Assembly: GCA_963804515.1 (NCBI GenBank)
Contig: CAWDQR010000008.1
Coordinates: forward strand, 161,098-225,097
Source: an uncultured Alphaproteobacteria bacterium
GTDB lineage: Bacteria; Pseudomonadota; Alphaproteobacteria; Rhizobiales; Methyloligellaceae
DNA: 64,000 nucleotides
Direction of reading: 5' to 3'
Positions 1-9,251 of the stretch are shown here, one piece after another (within the stretch, counting starts at the first letter, position 1; every line of letters starts with the position of its first letter). Under the pieces are notes generated by a model, which was not told the DNA's origin, searched no databases, and saw nothing but the letters and a program-made list of their open reading frames with translations. The translations under genes and the position numbers were made by a program.

Positions 1-234
1 AAGAATGATGCCGCTGACGCCGAGGCCATCTGCGAAGCGGTTACGAGGGCCAACATGCGGTTTGTCGAGACCAAGACGCCCGAGCAACAGAGCTGCCTGA
101 TGCTGCATCGCACGCGCCATCTCTTTATCCGCCAGCAGACCTCGGTAAGCAACGCCATCCGCGCCCACATGGCCGAGTTCGGGATCGTAGCCCCGGTGGG
201 ACGCAAGGGTATTGAACAACTGCTTGATTTATAA
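1..234 (+). pseudogene. IS110-family transposase fragment, truncated
   Basis: Frame +1 reads KNDAADAEAICEAVTRANMRFV...LHRTRHLFIRQQT..NAIRAHMAEFG, typical of the IS110 DEDD region; stop at 232-234 comes well before the expected C-terminal domain. Confidence 0.85.
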
Positions 235-375
235 CGCTGTTCAGCATCCTTGCTCAGTCTGCCATCAGCAAGGAGGCCGCTAAGAAAGAATGGCAACAGA
301 TCCCCCTTCTTCTGAAAGAGCGTGTATCGATCAAGCCCTAATGCTCAAGGGCGGGAGCGTGGAGAGTTTGATCCT

Positions 376-471
376 TCAGTCCTCTGGCGCTAAGAGCGCC
401 ATGAGGTACACCAGGGCAATGAACGCCACGGCGATCAAGCCCAGTGTGACCACGGCGGTAATGACTGACAT
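376..471 (-). CDS. 31-aa single-TM peptide, weakly KdpF-like
   Basis: MSVITAVVTLGLIAVAFIALVYLMALLAPED; one hydrophobic helix, YLxALLxPE end; G-rich run upstream could serve as RBS. Confidence 0.35.
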   Translation of the reverse strand: MSVITAVVTLGLIAVAFIALVYLMALLAPED

Positions 472-699
472 TTGACGCCCCCAGCCTGCCGCTTCTCTCT
501 CGCGCCATGCAGCTTCTTCAAGGTGGGCGAAAAAGATGACGCGCTGTTGACAAACGAAGTCAGCCCGGCGAACCCCGCCAAGATCAGCAGCCTGAGCTTG
601 GGCAACGCCCACTTATCATGGCGCGCAGTTCGATAACTTTATTTCGCCCATTGAATCTAATTATAGGTTGAACATCACACCCAGGCTTACTATTTACTT

Positions 700-838
700 T
701 CCTGTTCGGGTAACGTCGCTAGTCCCCCCCGTCTAGATGTGGCGTTACCCGCTTTGCGCCCGACTTTCCCTCCCGGGCGCACGCGCTGAAAGCGCTTTCT
801 GGCGCCTAACCACGTGAAGCGGTTAGGCGCTTTTTTTG
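700..838 (+). ncRNA. candidate trans-acting sRNA with C-rich loops and intrinsic terminator
   Basis: Hairpin CGGGTAACG(707)...CGTTACCCG(751) with a C7 loop; hairpin GCGCCCG-ACTTTCCCTCC-CGGGCGC (756-780); terminator 802-837; TTGAAC at 668 upstream; no credible ORF. Confidence 0.55.
802..837 (+). terminator. Rho-independent terminator
   Basis: GCGCCTAACC-N9-GGTTAGGCGC followed by T7. Confidence 0.8.
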
Positions 839-1154
839 CGCCAGTTTCCAACGCTGTGCGCCTTTAGTTGACGCGGCGAAGTTTTTTGTTTGCTCGCCCG
901 ACATTCGCCACGGTTCCCGACTCTATTCGCTAACGAATCGCGCGCGAAGACGAGAGGGAAAACTGCACGGCGAACGGGGGGAGCCTTGGCCAAGCAGCCA
1001 AGCTCTCCCGATTCGCCTCCAAAAGCTCCTAAAGCAACCTCACACCAGTCTCGCTCGACCCCCGCAGGCTGATGCAATGGCTGACCTTCGCGTTACCAGC
1101 ATGTTGTCGGACTACCGGCTATAGGACATTCTTTCTCGATTTTGACGACATCAA

Positions 1155-1679
1155 ATGGGAGGCTTGGGGATGCGTCGCGCTGCAATGTTAGCCGCAGGGC
1201 TTTTTCTTTTCAGCGCCAATTTGGCTTGGGTGCAAGAGCGGCCTGCGAGCAGCCTGCCCGAGGGAACCTTCGCTTCGGAGGACGGCTGCAACAAGCTTGC
1301 AGCGAAGACTCCGTCCGAACTTGGCGAGGACTTCGATTTCGAAATTCTGACGAAGAAGGGGTTTTTGGCCTACCAGCAGGCTTGCGACTTCGTCAACGTT
1401 TATACCCACGACGCAACGAGCTGGGTCGCGACGGCCTTTTGCGATGAGTTAGGCTATACCTCTCCAGATCTGTTCTCGATCAAGCAAAAGGACGACGGCA
1501 GGCTAGACGTCACCAGGTTCACCGATCTCACCAATCAAGGCACGAACGATAGCTCGGCCGAGTCCGGCACAGAGGATTCGGAGTCTTCAAAAACGAAGAG
1601 CGACCATGCGGCGCCCGAAGACGAGCAAGCCGCCGAGTCCAACAGCACCTTCGCCAAGTGCCAAAACGTCAAGCCGTAG
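1155..1679 (+). CDS. secreted hypothetical protein with paired Cys and acidic Ser/Glu linker
   Basis: Signal-peptide-like N-terminus, four Cys, low-complexity acidic tail; start may be a few codons downstream. Confidence 0.7.
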   Translation: MGGLGMRRAAMLAAGLFLFSANLAWVQERPASSLPEGTFASEDGCNKLAAKTPSELGEDFDFEILTKKGFLAYQQACDFVNVYTHDATSWVATAFCDELGYTSPDLFSIKQKDDGRLDVTRFTDLTNQGTNDSSAESGTEDSESSKTKSDHAAPEDEQAAESNSTFAKCQNVKP

Positions 1680-1784
1680 AGCATGGCCGAGCCAACCCAA
1701 TACGACGACGTCCAAAAAAGGCTTGAGGTCACCCATTATGTTTCGTCCACTCCAGGCGCCCCTATGACCCAAGGAGACTGCACC

Positions 1785-2225
1785 ATGCGATTTTCGTCGG
1801 GATTTCGTGCCGCTCTCGTCGCTTTGTTCGCTTTGGCCGGTGCGGGCGTTTCGTCCGCCGCCCGCGCCGATGCCGGCACTATTTGGATTTCGGAGTTGAA
1901 GGGAGGCTGGTTCATCGGCGCATCCGGCGGCAGCGGCACGCTGATCTTCCACGGGCGGCGCTATCCACTGTCGATCGGCGGCTTGAGCGCGGGGCTAGTC
2001 TTCGGCGCTTCGGAGACGAGGCTGTACGGCTATGTGAGCAACATCCGACGCCCGTCGGACGTCGCCGGGGTCTATGGGGGCGCTGGCGCTGGCGCCGCGG
2101 TCGTGGTCGGGGCGCGGGCGATCGTGCTACGCAACGAAAAGGGCGCCGTGTTAAGGCTGTCCGGCCAGCAGGTCGGGCTGATCGCCAATGCCGACCTGAG
2201 CGGGCTGGCGATCGCGCTGCGGTAG
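1785..2225 (+). CDS. secreted Gly-rich beta protein, DUF1134/EipA-like
   Basis: RBS AAGGAG before ATG 1785; signal peptide; GGSGTL..G..YPLSIGGLS.G and NEKGAVLRLSG motifs. Confidence 0.6.
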   Translation: MRFSSGFRAALVALFALAGAGVSSAARADAGTIWISELKGGWFIGASGGSGTLIFHGRRYPLSIGGLSAGLVFGASETRLYGYVSNIRRPSDVAGVYGGAGAGAAVVVGARAIVLRNEKGAVLRLSGQQVGLIANADLSGLAIALR

Positions 2226-2694
2226 GTGAGTGCTGCTGTCGCGGCGGAGGAGCCGCTTCACGGCGGCCTCCTTCTCTGGCGTGAGCGCGCCGCTCCGATG
2301 TCCCCTCGTGGCTCATTCAAAAAATTTATCCATCGAGGAGCGATGTAAGGCTCCAGCCGTGCGAGGGTGGCGAGTTGGAGGTTCCATGGCGCGCGTGGAG
2401 GCGCTCCAACAGGCAAGCGAAATGGAAGATATAGGCACGGGCTCTATACGAAGGAAGCCGTTAGAGAACGCCATTTGATCAGCAAACTTCTTCGTCAATC
2501 ACGCCTTTCGCTCGCTGACCTCTATCAGATTGAGGATCACTAGCCTCGCAATGCGCACATCCCCCCAACAATCAACGCCTAGAGGCGGCTTCCGCTAATC
2601 ACCAGCGAAACCTCGCAACCAGTCGGCGATGTCGTTGCTGGCGGCGGTCCGCTACCGGGGGGCAAAGGAGCAGAGCCGCAACCCGCAACAACGA

Positions 2695-3612
2695 CTAATA
2701 GCCTTGGGGATAATAGCCGCGGGGCTGGTAATAGCCCTGAGGACCGTCATACGGCTGGAACCACCGGCCAAAAAAGCCTCGTCTCGGCGGGTAGTAGTTC
2801 TGCCCGGGCGCAAACCACGGAGCTGTGCCCCCATAGCGCGGGTAGGCTGGCTGAGATGCCACCTTCGCCTCACCACCCGGCGTGGTGCCGGTGAGGACGA
2901 CTTGGGTATTCTCCAGTCTCTTTTCCTTGACCAGGGCATAGAGAATGGCTGCATTCGCTGGCGAGATACGGACGCAGCCATGTGAGACGGGTTTGCCGAG
3001 AGTTTTCACTTCATAGCTGCCATGGATGGCATGACCATCTTTCATAAAGAAAATAGAATGTGGCATGGGGGAGTCGTCCCACTGTTTGCTATACCATATT
3101 TCGTTCATAGAAGTAGGAGTATAAGTTCCAGAAGGAGTTGAATATCCTAGTCGACCAGTCGAGACCGGCCATTTATATTGTTCTATCCCGTCAACCAGGA
3201 CAGTCATTTGCTGTCTAGTCTTGTCGATGGTGATGAGGACCTTAGACGCGGGTTTTTCGCTCGTCGAGCCGGATTCGCTGTGCCCAGATTGAGGCTCGCC
3301 CCCCGCGTCCTGCCGCGCATGCTGGCCGCCTGTGGGACTGGACTCCGGCTGAGGAACAGTCGGGTTAGCTTCTGGCTGCGCGCCCGCTTGATTGCTTGGG
3401 CCGCCAGAGGGGCTGGATGCGGATGGGGCGTCTATGGAATCGGGTTGGGGGGCGCCTTGGGGTTCGGCCTGCGCGCTCGCCGCGCAGTTGACAAAAAGGG
3501 TGACGACAAAGGCGAGGAGCGGCATTGTGGGAAGGCTGAGAAGACGCATGCGCAGCCTCCCCCTAGAGTATCCCGGCCGGAGATACTTTTCTAAGGTCGG
3601 GGCAATGGCCAT
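2695..3612 (-). CDS. L,D-transpeptidase (YkuD/ErfK family)
   Basis: VSTG..GYSTPSG, MPHSIFF, HAIHG, SHGCVR catalytic motif; Pro/Ser linker; aromatic-rich tail. Confidence 0.9.
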   Translation of the reverse strand: MAIAPTLEKYLRPGYSRGRLRMRLLSLPTMPLLAFVVTLFVNCAASAQAEPQGAPQPDSIDAPSASSPSGGPSNQAGAQPEANPTVPQPESSPTGGQHARQDAGGEPQSGHSESGSTSEKPASKVLITIDKTRQQMTVLVDGIEQYKWPVSTGRLGYSTPSGTYTPTSMNEIWYSKQWDDSPMPHSIFFMKDGHAIHGSYEVKTLGKPVSHGCVRISPANAAILYALVKEKRLENTQVVLTGTTPGGEAKVASQPAYPRYGGTAPWFAPGQNYYPPRRGFFGRWFQPYDGPQGYYQPRGYYPQGY

Positions 3613-3778
3613 GTCCTATCTCCTTGGCAAACCTCGCAATCCGTAGTGCCCCAGCCGACGCCTCACCATGCGGCTGGTCGAATACAACCAAGATGATAGG
3701 GCCGGCGTTCCCCAGCTAGGGCTAAGCCTTCTCTGTCATAGCGATTCGGCGAGTTCTCTACGGCGCTCGCGTACCTGG

Positions 3779-4202
3779 CTAGGGTTTCCCGCCGTCGGGC
3801 GCAAGCTCGAAGCCTGAGAAGTCGAAGCCAGGCGCCACGGTGCAGCCGGTCAGCGTCCAGCCCTCGAGGCTGCGGGCGGTCTGCCAGGCCGCTGCCGGCA
3901 CGAGCGCCTGCGGATGCTCGCCGTTGAGCCAATCTGAGCCAAGTCGATATTTGTGGCCCGCTTCTCTGTCCCGGACTTCAAGAAGCAGCGTCGCGCCCCC
4001 ATACCAGTGCCAAAGCTCCGCCGCGTCCACCCGATGCCAGCACGACACGTCGCCGGCTTTCAAGAGATAGAGGATGGCGGTCGAATGCGGGCGCCCCTTC
4101 TGTCCCAGCGCGTCACGGAAGGTCTCGCGGTAGTAGCCCCTCCGGATGTGGAGCGAGCTTGAACTCTGCGATCACCTCGTCTGCCGTGAAGGGGGCCCCC
4201 AA
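3779..4202 (-). pseudogene. cupin DUF985 (YML079-like), frameshifted in G run near 4137-4140
   Basis: TTG start at 4202 gives TADEVIAEFKLAPHPEG; a shifted frame continues GYYRETFR...STAIxYLL...WHRVDAAELWHWYGG...CTVAPGFDF. Confidence 0.8.
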
Positions 4203-4220
4203 GTTCAGAACCTTGTAGGA

Positions 4221-4240
4221 TTGCAAACCATTTTGCAAAC
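4221..4240 (+). repeat. TTGCAAAC direct repeat pair, possible integrase arm-type sites
   Basis: TTGCAAAC at 4221-4228 and 4233-4240, ~120 bp upstream of a tRNA 3' half. Confidence 0.4.
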
Positions 4241-4360
4241 GAACCACTCGAAACAAGACGGCATCAAACGGTACCACCGAGGCTGACTGGGTCTAGAGCA
4301 GCCAATCAGAACATACAGTTCGTCACAGCACGACATGCGTCAGCACGAATGTTCTTCAAA

Positions 4361-4412
4361 CTCGAACGCCGTTGCGGTTCATCCGTACCGTGGGTTCCCA
4401 CCCTCTCCGCCA
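4361..4412 (+). mobile_element. att-like 3' half of tRNA-Ser(CGA), inverted relative to the intact gene
   Basis: CTCGAA..CCGTTG...CCGTACCGTGGGTT[5-nt gap]CCCACCCTCTCCGCCA matches the tRNA at 20583-20672 from anticodon loop to CCA. Confidence 0.8.
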
Positions 4413-4583
4413 ATACTTTGCTATTTTTCAATCGCTTCGTGGAGCAGCCGCGAACAGAGCCGCTAAAGTGAGCATAGCGCTGTTGGGAAAACCCGATAAA
4501 ACCCGATATTGCAGCCCCCACAGCCGAGTTGATGCAGGCCAGATCGGAGCGGACTAAGGTCACTGCCAGACCGAGCGCGCGCT

Positions 4584-6404
4584 CTATTCCCCACGATCCT
4601 CTCGCAGCAGCTCAAGCCGGAGCCAATCTTCTTCTGCGGCCGTTAGATCGTCCTGGGCTTTTGCCAGCTCGGCTCCCGCCGCCGCGAAAGCAGTGCGATC
4701 GCGAGCATAGAAATCCGGGTCGGCGATCACATGCTCCAGCCGGCGGACCTCGTCATTGAGAGCGGCGATGCGTGCGGGCGATGTCTTCAAGGCATGTTGC
4801 TCGGTAGGGCTTAGGCGCTTGCGCGGCTCGGTGGCGCGTTGTGCGGGCGCCGCCGGCGGTGCTACGCTCGTAGTCGCTGGCTTGTCGTGCTGCAGAGCGC
4901 CAACGCCAAGGCCACGCTGCGCCACCATGTCGGAATAGCCCCCCGCATATTCGATCCATCTTCCCTTTCCCTCGAAGGCAATCACCGAGGTGACCATACG
5001 GTCGAGGAAGTCGCGGTCGTGGCTGACGAGAAGGACCGTCCCGAGATAGTTAGTGAGCATCTCCTGCAGGACGTCCAGCGTCTCAAGGTCGAGGTCGTTC
5101 GTGGGCTCGTCCAGCACCAGGAGGTTAGAAGGGTGCGCCAGCGCCACGGCCAGCATCAGCCGCCCCCGCTCGCCACCCGACAGCGCCTTAACGGGAGTGG
5201 GCGCCTGCTCTGGCTTGAACAGGAAATCCTTCATGTAGCCGATGACGTGGCGCGACTTACCGTTAATGATCACCGCATCGCCACTCCCACCGGTCAGGGT
5301 CGCGGCGACGCTCGTCTCGGCGTCGAGGCTTTCGCGCCGCTGGTCAAGGGTCGCGACCTCAAGATTGGTGCCGAGCTGCACGCTGCCGGTGTCGGGAGGA
5401 AGTGTCCCGGTTAGCAGATTAATGAGGGTCGTCTTGCCCGCGCCGTTCGGACCTACAATGCCGACCCGATCGCCGCGGGCGATTTTTATACTGAAGTCGC
5501 ATACCAGATTGAGGTCGTCATAGCTTTTGGCGACGCGTCTTGCCTCGATGACCTTCTTGCCGGTCTCTCTTGCCTCATGCACCGTCAGCTTCACGTCGGG
5601 CTCTGCGCGGTTCTGCTGCCCCCGCTTGCGCTGTTGGCGAAGCTCCCGCAGCGCCTCAAGGCGACGCTGGTTGCGCTTCCGCCGTGCGCTGACGCCATAA
5701 CGCAGCCAGTGCTCCTCTTGCACGATGCGCCGATTGAGCTTGTGGCGCCCGACTGCCTCCCCCTCAAGAATGACGTCGCGCCATGCCTCGAAGGCGGCGA
5801 AGCCCTTGTCGAGCTGGCGGGTAATGCCGCGATCGAGCCACACCGTCGTCTGGGACAGGTTGTCCAGGAAGCGCCGATCGTGGCTGATGAGCACCATGGC
5901 CGAGCGCGTGGTCTTGAGCGCCGCCTCCAATCCCTCGATGGCCACGATGTCGAGATGGTTGGTGGGCTCGTCGAGCAGCAGGATGTCGGGTTCCGGTGCC
6001 AGCACGCGGGCGAGTGCCGCTCGGCGCCTTTCACCGCCAGAGAGCCGCGCGGGCTCCTCCTCTCCGGTAAGGCCGAGGCTCTCCAAGAGATAACGCGCGC
6101 GGTGCGGATCGTCGCCGGGGGCAAGCCCTGCCTCGACGAAGGCGCCCGTGGTGGCGAAGCCGGAAAGGTCGGGGGCTTGAGGCAAATAGCGGATTGTCAC
6201 CGACGGCTGGACGAAGCGGCTGCCGTCATCCGGCTCGATCATTCCAGCCGCGATCTTGAGCAGCGTCGACTTGCCCGAACCGTTGCGGCCCACCAGGCAC
6301 AATCGCTCGGATGGACCGATCGAGAGGCCGGCGCCGGTCAGCAATGGCGTGCTGCCGAATGAAAGTTCGATGTCCTTGAGAAGGAGGAGGGGCGGCGATG
6401 CCAT
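4584..6404 (-). CDS. uup: ABC-F family ATPase, Uup-like
   Basis: Two ABC cassettes (GRNGSGKST, LSGGE, LDEPTNHLD; GPNGAGKTT, LSGGE, LDEPTNDLD), no TM segments, C-terminal coiled coil; likely start MASPPLLLL at 6404. Confidence 0.9.
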   Translation of the reverse strand: MASPPLLLLKDIELSFGSTPLLTGAGLSIGPSERLCLVGRNGSGKSTLLKIAAGMIEPDDGSRFVQPSVTIRYLPQAPDLSGFATTGAFVEAGLAPGDDPHRARYLLESLGLTGEEEPARLSGGERRRAALARVLAPEPDILLLDEPTNHLDIVAIEGLEAALKTTRSAMVLISHDRRFLDNLSQTTVWLDRGITRQLDKGFAAFEAWRDVILEGEAVGRHKLNRRIVQEEHWLRYGVSARRKRNQRRLEALRELRQQRKRGQQNRAEPDVKLTVHEARETGKKVIEARRVAKSYDDLNLVCDFSIKIARGDRVGIVGPNGAGKTTLINLLTGTLPPDTGSVQLGTNLEVATLDQRRESLDAETSVAATLTGGSGDAVIINGKSRHVIGYMKDFLFKPEQAPTPVKALSGGERGRLMLAVALAHPSNLLVLDEPTNDLDLETLDVLQEMLTNYLGTVLLVSHDRDFLDRMVTSVIAFEGKGRWIEYAGGYSDMVAQRGLGVGALQHDKPATTSVAPPAAPAQRATEPRKRLSPTEQHALKTSPARIAALNDEVRRLEHVIADPDFYARDRTAFAAAGAELAKAQDDLTAAEEDWLRLELLREDRGE

Positions 6405-6770
6405 GGTGCGTTGTTCTATCTTTGACGGCTGCAGCTTCCGTTGAATGAGACGAAAAACTGCTCCTACAATCTTTGCCTGAATGTCGGCAAAGGTCAAAAT
6501 CGGTCGTGTCATCGGTCAACTCGGGCGTCCGCTTCTGAGGAGGAGCGGCTCCCGCTGCGGCATTGGACCCGATACGATTGCTACTTATGCACATTCGCGC
6601 TCCCAGATGCGTCGGCTTCTGTCGGCTCCCTCTCCTTCCTGTAGCCTTAGTTGCTTTTGTGGTGCGGAGTTGTTGCAGTGGCCTTTCAGATCGTGGCGCT
6701 CACCCTCGACGCGAACAACAGCGTGATCGAGCCCAGGGTTGGCCCCCGATCCTCGCGATCTCCACGTCGC

Positions 6771-6895
6771 GGAATGTCCACTTTGGGTCATCAGCGGACA
6801 TTCCACACGCTAATTAGGTATGTCCGCTTTTCGGCCGAAACCAGACCTCGCGACGCGATCGCCTGAACGTCCGCTTAGTGCCAGGCGCAGAAGTC
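6771..6895. repeat. degenerate palindromic intergenic repeat ('ATGTCCGCTTT...GCGGACAT' type)
   Basis: GGAATGTCCACT-N10-AGCGGACATTCC hairpin (6771-6804), then ATGTCCGCTTTT and GTCCGCTTAGTGCCA units. Confidence 0.6.
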
Positions 6896-6910
6896 ACGCC
6901 GCGCCAATCG

Positions 6911-7612
6911 TCAGACAACCGTGCCGAAAAGCTTACCGATACCGGCGGTCAGAGCCATCGCCAACGCACCCCAGAATGTCACTCGGGCTGTGGCGCGCAG
7001 AACGTTTGCGCCGCCTGCTCTTGCACCGATTGCACCCAGAAGAGCGAGAAAGCCCAAAGACGCAGCGGACACGATGGGGACAAGCGCACTGGCGGGCGAT
7101 ACGACAACCATGAGCAAGGGCATGGCCGCGCCTACAGAAAACGTTGCGGCCGATGTCAGTGCGGCTTGCACAGGACGCGCGGTGGTGATTTCCGAAATCC
7201 CAAGCTCATCGCGCGCGTGGGCGGTCAAGGCATCTTTCGCCATCAGCTGCTGAGCAACTTGCCGCGCGAGCGACTGATCGAGGCCGCGCTTGACGTAGAT
7301 TTCGGTAAGCTCATCAAGCTCACCTTCAGGATCCTCGCTCAACTCCTTGCGTTCGCGCGCGAGATCCGCCTGCTCGGTGTCGGATTGTGAGCTGACGGAG
7401 ACATACTCTCCGGCGGACATCGACATAGCGCCAGCCACCAGTCCCGCGACCCCCGCGATTAAGACATCGTTCCGTGTCGCAGCCGCCGCGGCAACGCCGA
7501 CGATCAAGCTAGCGGTCGAGATGATGCCATCGTTGGCCCCGAGCACTGCGGCTCTCAACCACCCGATGCGGCTGACGAGGTGGCTCTCAGGATGCAGGCG
7601 AAGACGGCTCAT
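6911..7612 (-). CDS. VIT1/CCC1 family Fe/Mn transporter
   Basis: LRAAVLGANDGIIS, GAMSMSAGEYVSVSSQ, AHARDELG motifs. Confidence 0.95.
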   Translation of the reverse strand: MSRLRLHPESHLVSRIGWLRAAVLGANDGIISTASLIVGVAAAAATRNDVLIAGVAGLVAGAMSMSAGEYVSVSSQSDTEQADLARERKELSEDPEGELDELTEIYVKRGLDQSLARQVAQQLMAKDALTAHARDELGISEITTARPVQAALTSAATFSVGAAMPLLMVVVSPASALVPIVSAASLGFLALLGAIGARAGGANVLRATARVTFWGALAMALTAGIGKLFGTVV

Positions 7613-7769
7613 GTCTTCTCATCTATTTCGACGGGCGCTGGCGCGGGTACTCAAGCATCAACACGGGCCACCAGCCATCGAGCGAGAGCTTCCACTTTCG
7701 GGCGCCGACATGCACCGTTGCCGTCGATAGCCATCCCGGGCTGCGGCGTTCGACATTCTGCGTGTCAGA

Positions 7770-7934
7770 TCAAATCCGACCCATGAGAAGCAGAACGACG
7801 AGAACGATCAGAATGATGCCGATGACACCGATGCCGCCATGACCGTAGCCGTAGCCGTAGCCGCCGAAGCGACCACTGAAACCACCAAGCAAGAAGATGA
7901 CGAGGAGGATGATGAGTATGAGTCCGATCGACAT
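7770..7934 (-). CDS. DUF3309-family small membrane protein (54 aa, not in ORF track)
   Basis: MSIGLILIILLVIFLLGGFSGRFGGYGYGYGHGGIGVIGIILIVLVVLLLMGRI; RBS GGGAGA. Confidence 0.85.
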   Translation of the reverse strand: MSIGLILIILLVIFLLGGFSGRFGGYGYGYGHGGIGVIGIILIVLVVLLLMGRI

Positions 7935-8128
7935 GATTTATCTCCCGTTGCAGCACCTAAACCTAACATTGAGCCTCTTCGCACTCCGACTGTGAAGACC
8001 CCTATCGGCGCTTTCCACTACTCGTTCTCGAGGGAAATAAAGCTCTTGCCGGCGTTGACCTCGGTGAGTGGTCGTCTGCCGCTCCAAGCCAGCCAAGCGT
8101 CCGGCCGAGCAAATTGTCAGGCAGGTGG

Positions 8129-8521
8129 CTATTCGGTCGTCTTCCTGTCGAAGTGCTCTTTGTCTGCCTCTGCGTCCGCTTTGGTGGCGTGCACTACGCC
8201 ATCGCGATGGTTCGGTGGAGAGTAGAGCGTATAGAGCTTCATCGGGCCTGACGGCCCGTTGATGATGTTGTGGCGAGTACCGGCTGGCACGAGGATCGCG
8301 AACCCGGGCTTGATGCGGTGCTCAACACCGTCAAGTACCGCCTTGCCTTCCCCTTCCTCTATGCGGAAGAACTGATCGAGCTTGTGGACCTCTGCACCGA
8401 TATCTTCACCGGGCTTAAGGCTCATCACGACGACCTGGCAATTCTTCGCCGTATACAAGACCGTGCGGAACGTCGTGTTCTGTTGCGCTGCCTTTTCTAT
8501 GCTGTGGACGGAGCCTTTCAT
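8129..8521 (-). CDS. cupin domain protein
   Basis: IGAEVH..DQFFRIEEGEG, VPAGTRHNIIN, LYTLYSPPNH. Confidence 0.9.
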   Translation of the reverse strand: MKGSVHSIEKAAQQNTTFRTVLYTAKNCQVVVMSLKPGEDIGAEVHKLDQFFRIEEGEGKAVLDGVEHRIKPGFAILVPAGTRHNIINGPSGPMKLYTLYSPPNHRDGVVHATKADAEADKEHFDRKTTE

Positions 8522-8538
8522 AGCTTCCTATACCCAGT

Positions 8539-8805
8539 TTAGGCCTTGTCGGGCGTGCTTGGCCGAACCGGTATCTCCCTTTTTGGCCGAGACTTTATGA
8601 GCAGCACAAGATCGTGGACGACAATGGCGATGCCCCAGCCAAAAAGTACCCAGAGGAACCAAGGATGGGCGGGGTTCCTGATCAGGTTGAGGGCTGCGAG
8701 CCCAATAATGACGACGATAAAGACGGTAAGATGGATAAGGAAACCGCGCAGCGGCGGTTCTGTGAACTTGAGCTGTCGCGGCGTGGACCTCGTTCGTTTC
8801 GGCAT
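8539..8805 (-). CDS. 2TM domain protein
   Basis: GFLIHLTVF...WFLWVLFGWGIAIVVH, two TM helices. Confidence 0.8.
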   Translation of the reverse strand: MPKRTRSTPRQLKFTEPPLRGFLIHLTVFIVVIIGLAALNLIRNPAHPWFLWVLFGWGIAIVVHDLVLLIKSRPKREIPVRPSTPDKA

Positions 8806-8905
8806 CAGACGACCCTTGCTAACCGACCCATCGCGTTGACCCGGGCGTTTGGCCGTTCTCCTTTGCTACACGCCGAAAGATTGGTCTTCACATGGGACCC
8901 CCACC

Positions 8906-8919
8906 TTGATTTGCATCAA
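8906..8919. promoter_or_regulatory. FNR/FixK box
   Basis: Perfect TTGAT-TTGC-ATCAA upstream of the minus-strand 2TM-cupin pair. Confidence 0.7.
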
Positions 8920-9165
8920 CATGACTCCCTCCTGGCTTGCGCCCAGCTTGGGGCGCAAGCCAGGCATTCGCAAGCCACCGGGGGTGGCGCTTTCACGCCA
9001 GACGTGCCCGCGCGGCAGAGCGTGGCGCTGATGCAAGACCTTCGCGCGTGTCTCAACGAGTTTGCAGACGAGAAGGGCGCGTGATCGACCCGAGAGGGGA
9101 GGGAAGATGCATCAAGATTTGTCCTCGCTAACGGCGCTCGCGGCCTTTGTGGCCGCCGCAGGGCA

Positions 9166-9179
9166 TTGATAAGGATCAA
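9166..9179. promoter_or_regulatory. FNR/FixK box at class II position
   Basis: Perfect TTGAT-AAGG-ATCAA; TACCCT (-10-like) at 9202-9207 puts the box near -41.5 of the gene at 9252. Confidence 0.75.
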
Positions 9180-9251
9180 CGCTCAATTGCGCATAAGCCT
9201 GTACCCTTACCGGCTTATGTTGGGTGTTTCTGCTAACAAGGGAGGAAATCT

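Noticed and set aside
6405-6512. N-terminal extension of the ABC-F ORF in the track
   Set aside because: ABC homology begins at LLLLKDIELSFG; ATG 6404 is the more plausible start.
6585-7113. ORFs MECPLMTQSGH..., MSTLGHQRT..., MSAFRPKPD...
   Set aside because: Spurious translations of the palindromic intergenic repeat at 6771-6895.
8849-9131. Short ORFs between the two FNR boxes
   Set aside because: No RBS or motif, mutually overlapping, and covering probable promoter DNA.
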